Below are positions 16,323 through 24,661 of a stretch of DNA of 64,000 nt, piece by piece. Position 1 is the stretch's first letter. Each line of letters opens with the position of its first letter. The notes under the pieces are model-generated. The model did not search any database, was not told where the DNA came from, and saw only the letters and a program-made list of their open reading frames with translations. The stretch lies in the IMG/VR virus record IMGVR_UViG_2199352004_000009, one strand, 5' to 3'. This DNA comes from an uncultured virus (IMG/VR IMGVR_UViG_2199352004_000009) (Duplodnaviria > Heunggongvirae > Uroviricota > Caudoviricetes). Position numbers and translations under genes: made by a program.

Positions 16323-17105
16323 ATGTACTTCGAAGAATTTAATAAGATACCATACGATTTTCCAGCTAAAATAGATGGAAGTAATGAGTTTATCTTTGTT
16401 AAAGATATAACAAAGAATGTTCGTTTCAGAAAAGACTTTTTACAGTCGCTATTGTTGTATGAAGACTACCAAATAATTGATGGAGAAACACCAGAAATTA
16501 TATCAGAAAAGCTATACGGAACTCCATACTATCACTGGATTATAATGCTTGCTAATTCAAAGTTCGATTATATCCAAGACTTTCCGCTTTCTGTTAATAA
16601 GTTAGACATAATGATAGAATCTAAGTATGGTGATAGAAAGCATGATATCAGCTACTTTACTGATACGCAAAGAAACAGAATCCAAGGAAATCAGTTTATA
16701 ACTGCTGAAAATGTTTATTTAGATGGTGACGGGCAGTTCTTGATTGATAAGATTAAAGTTGGTACTGTTGTTAGGAAAGAAACAAAGAACGGAATTTATA
16801 ATGGGTTTGTTAAAGCACTGGATAGAGAAAACTTAAGGTTAGATGTTCTTTTATCTACTAGTGGATTTAAATCTGGTGAAACAGTTCAAACATATAATTA
16901 TATTGAAGATGACGACGGTGCTATTATAGAGCAGTATCTTGGAGAGTTTCTGATACAAGATCTACAGTATCCATTGAACGTTTTGTCTGTAACTAATTAC
17001 GAATATGAGATTTTAGAAAATGAAAAGAAACGCAGACTAAAGGTTATACCAAAGATATACTTGGACCAAATCATTAGCGAATACTCAGACATGATGCAAA
17101 TTTAA
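16323..17105 (+). CDS. gp53: baseplate wedge subunit gp53
   Basis: GETPEIISEKLYG..YHWIIML and VTNYEYEILENEKKR. Confidence 0.85.
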   Translation: MYFEEFNKIPYDFPAKIDGSNEFIFVKDITKNVRFRKDFLQSLLLYEDYQIIDGETPEIISEKLYGTPYYHWIIMLANSKFDYIQDFPLSVNKLDIMIESKYGDRKHDISYFTDTQRNRIQGNQFITAENVYLDGDGQFLIDKIKVGTVVRKETKNGIYNGFVKALDRENLRLDVLLSTSGFKSGETVQTYNYIEDDDGAIIEQYLGEFLIQDLQYPLNVLSVTNYEYEILENEKKRRLKVIPKIYLDQIISEYSDMMQI

Positions 17106-17106
17106 T

Positions 17107-18408
17107 ATGGCAGAAAATACACAAACATTAAGTTTTGCAGGTGATGTTACAGTACAAAAGTGTTCTGTTATATCATCTACTGGAGTAGAATTCTCTGTTA
17201 AAGGACAACTAATAGGTCTTCAAATCTTCGAAGATCTATATTCCCCATTTATTAGCGGCACCGTAATTTTCAAAGATTCTTTAGACTTTGTTAATGCTTT
17301 ACCATTTGTAGGACAAGAAACTCTTAGCCTTATTGTTTATACTCCATCATTGGAAAGAAGTGGCGGAAAGATAGAAGGTCAGTTTTATATTCACAAAATG
17401 AAAGATCGTGAATACGATGGTGACCGAAGCGTTGTTTATGAAATGTCTTTTATATCGAAAGAATTCTTAAATGATATAAACGTTAAACTAAGTCGTGGTT
17501 ATCAGGGAAAGGTTTCTGATATTGCACGAGAAGTATTGACCGATAAATCTGCAGCTTTCGACACTGTTAAAAAATTAAATATTGAAGAAACTAAAAATAC
17601 TATAAAGTATGTTTCTAATTACTGGTCACCTATTAGAAATGTAAACTATCTTGCAGATAGAGCATTGAATAAAACAGGCTCGCCGTCATATGTGTTTTTT
17701 GAGAATCGTGATGGGTTTAATTTTGGTTCATTAGATGTATTGATGTCAAGTGATAATAAACCCATTCAGAAATTTAACTATTCGAATTCAACACGTAACA
17801 TCTCTAATTCAGGCTCAGCTAGCAGAGACTTTAATCAAGACTATAAAAAAATATCTACGTTTTCGGTAACTGACGGTTTTAATACCATGGAACGTTTGCG
17901 TAATGGTATGATTGCTTCTAGATTACATTCTTATGATTTAACCAGTAAGCAAATAGATATTAGAAATTTTGATATATTCAGCAACTTCAAGCAAAAGAAA
18001 CACTTGAATGCATTCCCAACGGTTTCTACTAATCTACCTGCATACTACACCTCAAAGATGCTGCTTGTTCCAAAAAGCACTATGCAATTCACAGGTTTTG
18101 ACGACGTATCCAATATAAAGTTTTTACAGAGAAGAATTTCTGAACTAAATCAAGCCAATGATTTTAAGTTAACTGTAACAGTGCCTGGTCGTTTAGATTA
18201 TACTGTTGGTCAAACTGTAGTGATACAATCGTTTCAAGTAGAGCCTATTAAGGGTACTGATACTTTATCAGAAATATCAGATAAGATATTTTCAGGTAGA
18301 TATCTTGTTTCGGCAATCAATCACTTTATCACACAAAAGTCTCATGAATGTACTATTGAGCTTGTGAAAGATTCATATATTAAAGACGTTTTTAAGGGTA
18401 GTAACTAA
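17107..18408 (+). CDS. baseplate hub protein (gp27-like)
   Basis: IFEDLYSPFISG, YVFFENRDGFNF and SGRYLVSAINH; lies between gp53 and gp5. Confidence 0.65.
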   Translation: MAENTQTLSFAGDVTVQKCSVISSTGVEFSVKGQLIGLQIFEDLYSPFISGTVIFKDSLDFVNALPFVGQETLSLIVYTPSLERSGGKIEGQFYIHKMKDREYDGDRSVVYEMSFISKEFLNDINVKLSRGYQGKVSDIAREVLTDKSAAFDTVKKLNIEETKNTIKYVSNYWSPIRNVNYLADRALNKTGSPSYVFFENRDGFNFGSLDVLMSSDNKPIQKFNYSNSTRNISNSGSASRDFNQDYKKISTFSVTDGFNTMERLRNGMIASRLHSYDLTSKQIDIRNFDIFSNFKQKKHLNAFPTVSTNLPAYYTSKMLLVPKSTMQFTGFDDVSNIKFLQRRISELNQANDFKLTVTVPGRLDYTVGQTVVIQSFQVEPIKGTDTLSEISDKIFSGRYLVSAINHFITQKSHECTIELVKDSYIKDVFKGSN

Positions 18409-21400
18409 TGTTATATACTGGTGTTGTTGAAAATAGAAATGATCCACTAAAACTTGGTCGTTGCCAAGTTAGAGTATTGGGTCTTCATACAGATGATAAA
18501 AGTATTCTTCCAACGGAAGATTTACCATGGGCGCATCCACTGCAGCCTATCACTTCTGCTGCCATGAACGGTATTGGTTCTTCTCCACTTGGAGTTGTTC
18601 CTGGTACGTGGGTTGTTGTTATGTTTAGCGATGGAGAAGAACAACAACAACCTATTATCTTAGGCTCTCTTGGTGGGATTTATTTAACCAAAAATGCTAC
18701 CATTGATGGCGGTGGTGGCGACATTGTTGTAGATGAAACTCCAAGCAATGCTGTTAAGGATAGTTCAGGTAATGTAGTTACTGATGGTAGTGGTAATCCT
18801 ATCACAACAGAAGCTAATCCTACACCACCAACTCCAACGAACCAACCAAAACAAGAACCAGTAACTGCACAAAACGTAAACAGTAACGACTCTATTCCCA
18901 CAAAGCCACCTGCAAATTCAGTAGCAAAAGGTTCTGAAGGTAAAGCAGAGCAAGGTATTAAAGCACTAATCGCAGCATGTGATAAAGTAGGGCTATCTAC
19001 CAGATATGCAAAGGCAGCATTACTAGGTATTGCTGGTGGTGAATCTACTTGGATTCCACAAAAGGAAATGTACAACTATTCTCCAGATAGAATGCGACAG
19101 ATCTTTAAGAGTGTTTCAGATGCTGATGTGCAAAAATATAGTTATGCACAACGCAAGGGTATGACCAGAGAAGAATTCTTTAAGTTTTTCTATGGACCAA
19201 CCTTTAGAGGTAAGGGATTTCTTGGTAATTTAACTGACGAAGACGGTGGTAAGTTTTATGGTCGAGGTTTTATTCAGTTAACTGGACGTGGTAATTACGA
19301 GCAATATAAAAAACTAACTGGTATTGATATTGTTGGTAATCCAGAATTACTGGATACCGACTTAGAAGGCAGTGCTATAATTGCAGCTACCTATCTAACA
19401 CGTAGAGTGAACTCTTGGCAAAAATTAATGTACGAAGAAGGCTTCTTTGGTGCTGCTAAGTCTGCCGTTGGATTCAACTCACCAGACATTGCAGCTAAGA
19501 AAAAGGCATACTACGAATACTTCATGAATGGTTTGAAGTCTGTAGATACAACAAATAAAGAAGCATCAGCTGGAGACGAACAGCCATCTCAACAAGCTAT
19601 TGATGCAGCACCACCAGAAAAACGTGCTGCGCTTAAAGAAGATAGATCTCAAAATAAGATTAAAGGGTTTACTGATCCTGATGGAAAATACCCACTCAGA
19701 GACTATGCCAATGAAGCAGATACCAATAGACTATCACGTGGTGTTTTAGAAGGTACATGTTTTGAGTTTAAAGACCAAACTTTGATTAAAGACGTTCAAT
19801 TGGCTAATGGTGGAACTTGGTCACAACCACAATCAGCTTACTCAGCAGTTTATCCATATAACAAAGTTATGGAAACTGAGTCTGGTCATATCATGGAGTT
19901 TGATGATAGCCCAGCAGCTGAGCGAATTCATATGTATCATCGAAAGGGAACATTCTTTGAGATTGATCCAAATGGTTCTCGTGTAACACACATAGTAGGT
20001 GATGATTATCATCTATGTGATCGCAATGGAAACATCTACTTTGGTGGAAACATCAATATAACTGCTGGAACTGGAGCTAAGATTTTAGTTCGTGGTGATG
20101 CAGAGATACAAGTAGAAGGCAAGACCAATGCAGTATTCCAAAATGATGTAACTATTGGTGCAGCTAATGACGTTAAAATTGCAGTGGCAAATGACTTGCA
20201 AATTAAAGTTGGTGGAGAATTTACACTAGATGTTGGAAAGAACACATCTATTTTAACTGCCGCAAATCTAACAATGCAGACTGAAGGTGATGCAAGTATT
20301 GTTACTTCTGGTGATAATTTAATTGCATCTGAAGGCGATACAAACATTGCTGCATCTGGAGATGCTATTATGTTTGCTGACGGAGACACTGGTATTGGTG
20401 CCTCTGGTGATGTAACTATTAAAGCTGGTGGCGATGCTGGATTAGGTGCAGGCGGTAGCGTTGATGTTGCCGCTGGTGGTGTTGCTAGTATTGATGGTTC
20501 AATAGTTGATTTGGGTAATGGAGCATCAGTTGGAGATGTTGAAAAAGCAGAAGCACCAGAAGCAATTGAAGGGCTAGAGTTGACACCACCTGAAAAGGCA
20601 GAACCAGGTGGTAGTGCTATGGAAAACTTAGAGCCGCCTGCTCGTGTTGGTCAGCCTTCCACGAAGTTTGAAACTCCAGATGAGTGGAATAGTGAAGAAG
20701 GTAAATCCCAAGCAGGTGTTATTAGTTCAAACCCACAAGCCGCAAATCCAGCAAATGCACCGTCTTCTAGCGCTAATGCCGAGCTGGCTCAACCAGCTCC
20801 AGGTAATAATGTAACGGGTACAGATGTTAATCGTGAGACCTATAAGAATGCTGATCCAAAGGCATTCACTAGAGATTACAAGCTGTCTAAGAACTTTACA
20901 ATTGGTCACTTAATGAGTGCTCAAACAGTGTTGAGAGATACTGAATTACCTCCAGGTAAAGGCGATTCGTTCTCTGGTTACAAGCTGTTTACTCAAGCAG
21001 ATCTTGTGGCAAACATGGCAGACTTGGCTCAGAATATCTGTGAACCTATTTGGGATATTCTTGGTCCACCAGCTGGTGTGCACAGAGTTTCTAGTAAAAC
21101 TGGGCGCTGGGTTATTACGTCAGGCTTGCGTAATCCAGGCAATGTCAAACAGTCTGGAGATACTTCTGACCACAATAAAGGTCGTGCGTTGGACTTCCAA
21201 CTTTGGCCAGGAGGTCGTTACCTAGAAACATTGGATCTGGCAGCTCAACTAGAAAAGATTTTGCCGTATCATCAAATGATTTTAGAATATAGAGATCCAT
21301 CGGCATCTAAGGGCGCATGGCAAAACTGGATTCATATTGCATATAAACAAGGTGGATTGAAACAAGCATTCACGATGTATAATGATAAGACTGTTAATGC

Positions 21401-21455
21401 TCAAGGTGTTCCTTCTCCAGGAACAAAGGGATTCTTCTTATTTGGTCCTAAGTAA
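18408..21455 (+). CDS. gp5: baseplate hub/spike gp5 with inserted GH19-type lysozyme and C-terminal M15-type peptidase
   Basis: OB-fold start GVVENRNDPLKLGRCQVRVLG; YGRGFIQLTGRGNY; YPYNKVMETESGH followed by beta-helix repeats; SGLR..SDHNKGRALD..WIHIAY. Confidence 0.88.
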   Translation: MLYTGVVENRNDPLKLGRCQVRVLGLHTDDKSILPTEDLPWAHPLQPITSAAMNGIGSSPLGVVPGTWVVVMFSDGEEQQQPIILGSLGGIYLTKNATIDGGGGDIVVDETPSNAVKDSSGNVVTDGSGNPITTEANPTPPTPTNQPKQEPVTAQNVNSNDSIPTKPPANSVAKGSEGKAEQGIKALIAACDKVGLSTRYAKAALLGIAGGESTWIPQKEMYNYSPDRMRQIFKSVSDADVQKYSYAQRKGMTREEFFKFFYGPTFRGKGFLGNLTDEDGGKFYGRGFIQLTGRGNYEQYKKLTGIDIVGNPELLDTDLEGSAIIAATYLTRRVNSWQKLMYEEGFFGAAKSAVGFNSPDIAAKKKAYYEYFMNGLKSVDTTNKEASAGDEQPSQQAIDAAPPEKRAALKEDRSQNKIKGFTDPDGKYPLRDYANEADTNRLSRGVLEGTCFEFKDQTLIKDVQLANGGTWSQPQSAYSAVYPYNKVMETESGHIMEFDDSPAAERIHMYHRKGTFFEIDPNGSRVTHIVGDDYHLCDRNGNIYFGGNINITAGTGAKILVRGDAEIQVEGKTNAVFQNDVTIGAANDVKIAVANDLQIKVGGEFTLDVGKNTSILTAANLTMQTEGDASIVTSGDNLIASEGDTNIAASGDAIMFADGDTGIGASGDVTIKAGGDAGLGAGGSVDVAAGGVASIDGSIVDLGNGASVGDVEKAEAPEAIEGLELTPPEKAEPGGSAMENLEPPARVGQPSTKFETPDEWNSEEGKSQAGVISSNPQAANPANAPSSSANAELAQPAPGNNVTGTDVNRETYKNADPKAFTRDYKLSKNFTIGHLMSAQTVLRDTELPPGKGDSFSGYKLFTQADLVANMADLAQNICEPIWDILGPPAGVHRVSSKTGRWVITSGLRNPGNVKQSGDTSDHNKGRALDFQLWPGGRYLETLDLAAQLEKILPYHQMILEYRDPSASKGAWQNWIHIAYKQGGLKQAFTMYNDKTVNAQGVPSPGTKGFFLFGPK

Positions 21456-22123
21456 TGGCTGAACTTGTATTTAATTCTATAGTTGATGTTATAGATGGCG
21501 ATGATGTCAATCTAATAGTTCCTAACATATCAACTGGCGGACAAGTCACTGTATCTTACTCAGAAGAAGTTGGATTCCCCTCTGGAATTCCAGGCGATAG
21601 ATATCCAACATTTTCAGAGGATGGATTAGCTTTACCATCCAACTTAATAAAATCTGTATATCAGGGGACTACATTTTCTGTTAAATTATCATTTAAGGTA
21701 TTAGATGAATTACTATCAACAGAGGAAGTTCCTGTATATGTTTTTGCCACATCAGTTACATGCACTACAAATACTGTAGCGTTTGGTATTACTGCGGAAA
21801 GCAGTTCAGCTAGTTCTATGATTTTATCTGGAACTGCATTACGTTTGTTTCAAGATGAATTTTATACATACTTATTAAAACCTAACGAAACTGTAACTTT
21901 ATCTGCGATAAATAATACTGAAGTTGATGAATTCTTCTCAGTTGTTAACTATCAAGAACCTGCATCAAAAGAGGTTTCTAGAACTTACAGTTTTAATATT
22001 AATTACACAGATTCTTCTGGAATTCCAAAAACTGCAACTAAAAACATACAGCAATACTTCTACTGGAACTATGCAATATCACTTGCTAGCTTTTCTGTCG
22101 AAGTGGGTAAGGGGATTAAATAA
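21455..22123 (+). CDS. hypothetical virion protein
   Basis: 222 aa; coupled by TAATG overlaps between gp5 and PAAR. Confidence 0.6.
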   Translation: MAELVFNSIVDVIDGDDVNLIVPNISTGGQVTVSYSEEVGFPSGIPGDRYPTFSEDGLALPSNLIKSVYQGTTFSVKLSFKVLDELLSTEEVPVYVFATSVTCTTNTVAFGITAESSSASSMILSGTALRLFQDEFYTYLLKPNETVTLSAINNTEVDEFFSVVNYQEPASKEVSRTYSFNINYTDSSGIPKTATKNIQQYFYWNYAISLASFSVEVGKGIK

Positions 22124-22437
22124 TGCCAGCAATAGCAAGATCATCTGGAACCGACGGTGTTATGTCACCTGATGGCACTGGAAAGAAGTGTAGATTTCCA
22201 GTGAAGACTAGAACTGGAGCACCAGGTCAAAGTAAAGTACGAGCTGAAGGCGTATTTGTCGTTATCGTTGGAGATCCCGTTGCACCGCATTTAAAATCTG
22301 GATGCTCACCAGACACATCTTCACTAGGTGGAGGCTCATCTAAGGTATATGCAGCTGGTAGCCCTGTTGGTAGAATTGGTGATAGTTATGGCGATAATAT
22401 AATAACATCAGGCAGCACTAAAGTAATGGCGGCATAA
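22123..22437 (+). CDS. PAAR-like spike tip protein (gp5.4-like)
   Basis: MPAIAR, GSSKVYAAGSPVGRIGD and SGSTKV; Cys/His residues. Confidence 0.8.
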   Translation: MPAIARSSGTDGVMSPDGTGKKCRFPVKTRTGAPGQSKVRAEGVFVVIVGDPVAPHLKSGCSPDTSSLGGGSSKVYAAGSPVGRIGDSYGDNIITSGSTKVMAA

Positions 22438-22829
22438 TGGCTATAAAGCAAGCAATTTTTTCAGATATAGATTTAAACTTCACGAGACATCCAATAACAG
22501 ATGATATCTCGAGAAAAACCGATGCTGCTGCAGTCAATCAAGCACTAAGAAATCTAATACTAACTGCAAATTACGAACGTCCATTTAATAGTAATCTTGG
22601 TTCTCCTATACGTGGTCTTATGTTTGAGCCATATTCACCTATGCTTAGAATAATGCTTAAGACTGTCGTTGAGCAAACTATTGAAAATTTTGAGCCACGA
22701 ATATCATTGCAGGATGTTATAATAACACCAAACGACTCTAATAATTCTTTAGAGATAAGTATCTATTACTACATACTAAACTCTACGGCTCTACAGTCAT
22801 TCCAGATGACACTAGAAAGAACACGATAA
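22437..22829 (+). CDS. gp25: baseplate wedge subunit gp25
   Basis: FSDIDLNF..HP, NLILT..YERPF and IENFEPR. Confidence 0.92.
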   Translation: MAIKQAIFSDIDLNFTRHPITDDISRKTDAAAVNQALRNLILTANYERPFNSNLGSPIRGLMFEPYSPMLRIMLKTVVEQTIENFEPRISLQDVIITPNDSNNSLEISIYYYILNSTALQSFQMTLERTR

Positions 22830-24661
22830 TGGCAGAAACAAATAAAAAAATTAAGGTAGATGAATTAAGCTACGAAGGTATAAGAACTAACCTTAAGAGT
22901 TTTTTGAGTGGGCAAGATACATTCAAAGACTACAATTTTGAAGGTTCTGGTCTTTCTGTTTTGGTGGATTTATTAGCATATAATACTCACTATAATGCGT
23001 TGTATACCAACATGGCATTGAATGAGATGTTCTTAGATTCTGCAAGCAAACGAGAAAGTATTCTATCAATAGCTAAAATGCTAGGATATACGCCACGTTC
23101 TGCACGCAGTTCAAAAGCCAACGTTACATTGATAGTTTCTGGTTTAGTTTTAGACCCGCAGTTAGCAACATTACCAGCAAGAACAGTATTTACAGCAAGC
23201 GCAACCGATGGTAGTAGTTATTACTTTTCAAATAAAGATGAAATGACTGTGTCATTGTCAGATGGGGTTTATACATTTGATAGCTTTGATATTATGGAAG
23301 GCATTTATCACACAGAACAGTATGTATACCAAATTGGTACTAAGTTTATATTGAACAACTCACCATGTGATACTTCTTCACTAGAAGTTTATGTTCACCC
23401 ATCAATAGCTTCAGCTGAATCGACTTTATATTCTTTGTCGGACGATGTTATTGCATTAACACCTGAAAGTAATGTATATTACCTAAAGGAAATCGAAAAC
23501 GGAAATTATCAAATTGAATTTGGTGATGGTGTTATTGGTAAGGCATTAAGTGTTGGTAATTATATACGTATTATTTACAGAACATCCTCTGGTACTGATT
23601 CTAATGGTTCTAAAACATTTAAGTTAGATGGCTCTGTATTTTCTAATGGTACAATAACACTAACCACTAACAGTATGGCTATGGGTGGAGAAAATGCAGA
23701 AGAATTACCTAGTATTAAATTTAATGCGCCACGTCATTTTTCTACCCAAAATAGAGCAGTTACAGAAAGCGATTATAAGAATCTTATCTTTAAGAACTTT
23801 AGTAACGTTAAATCTATCCAAGTCTGGGGTGGAGAAGATAATGTACCGCAGCAGTTTGGTAAAGTTTTTATTTCAATCCAACCAAAGACTAAAGATTACT
23901 TAAACGACAATGAAAAAGATTTCATTAAGAATGTTATACTAAAGCCAAAGTCTATAGTTACAACAGTTGCTGAGATTGTAGATCCAATATATTTGAACAT
24001 CATACTAGAATCGACTGTTTATTATAATCCAAAATCTACGTCTAGATCAGCATCGTCTATAAGTGGTTATGTGGCAGAAGTTCTTAATAACTACAGTGAA
24101 ACTGAACTAATGAAGTTTGATAGTGTTTTCAGACACTCAAAGGTTGTTCGCTTAATAGATGCTGCAGATCAGTCTATACAAAACAACGTGACTAATGTTT
24201 CATTATCTAGAGAGCTTTACCCCAAATTTAATATAACAGCGCAATATAAAGTAGATATTGGCAATCCTATTTACTTTACTGGTGCAAAAGAATCAGCGTT
24301 TGTTTCTACTGGATTTTATATACAAAATAGTGACTTAGTCTACTATCTAAAAGATAATGGAGCAGGCACTGTTTACATGTATTATATTAGTTCTGGAGAA
24401 GAAATTATTATAAACGCAGCAATAGGCACAATAGACTATAGTAAAGGTATTGTTTCTATTGAAGGGCTAAATATAATAGCACTTGCTTCAGATAATTTTA
24501 TGTTTTACTTTAAACCATCTTCTTATGATGTTGTCGCACTAAGAGATCAAGTTATTCGAATTCAACAAAGCGAGATGAAAATCATAACTGTTATTGATCC
24601 TATCTCTTCAGGTAGTGCTCGTGGTGGTTCTGCATATGTATTTACTCCAAATAGAAAATGA
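22829..24661 (+). CDS. gp6: baseplate wedge subunit gp6
   Basis: DYNFEGSGLSVLVDLLAYNTHY, QNRAVTESDY and WGGED. Confidence 0.93.
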   Translation: MAETNKKIKVDELSYEGIRTNLKSFLSGQDTFKDYNFEGSGLSVLVDLLAYNTHYNALYTNMALNEMFLDSASKRESILSIAKMLGYTPRSARSSKANVTLIVSGLVLDPQLATLPARTVFTASATDGSSYYFSNKDEMTVSLSDGVYTFDSFDIMEGIYHTEQYVYQIGTKFILNNSPCDTSSLEVYVHPSIASAESTLYSLSDDVIALTPESNVYYLKEIENGNYQIEFGDGVIGKALSVGNYIRIIYRTSSGTDSNGSKTFKLDGSVFSNGTITLTTNSMAMGGENAEELPSIKFNAPRHFSTQNRAVTESDYKNLIFKNFSNVKSIQVWGGEDNVPQQFGKVFISIQPKTKDYLNDNEKDFIKNVILKPKSIVTTVAEIVDPIYLNIILESTVYYNPKSTSRSASSISGYVAEVLNNYSETELMKFDSVFRHSKVVRLIDAADQSIQNNVTNVSLSRELYPKFNITAQYKVDIGNPIYFTGAKESAFVSTGFYIQNSDLVYYLKDNGAGTVYMYYISSGEEIIINAAIGTIDYSKGIVSIEGLNIIALASDNFMFYFKPSSYDVVALRDQVIRIQQSEMKIITVIDPISSGSARGGSAYVFTPNRK

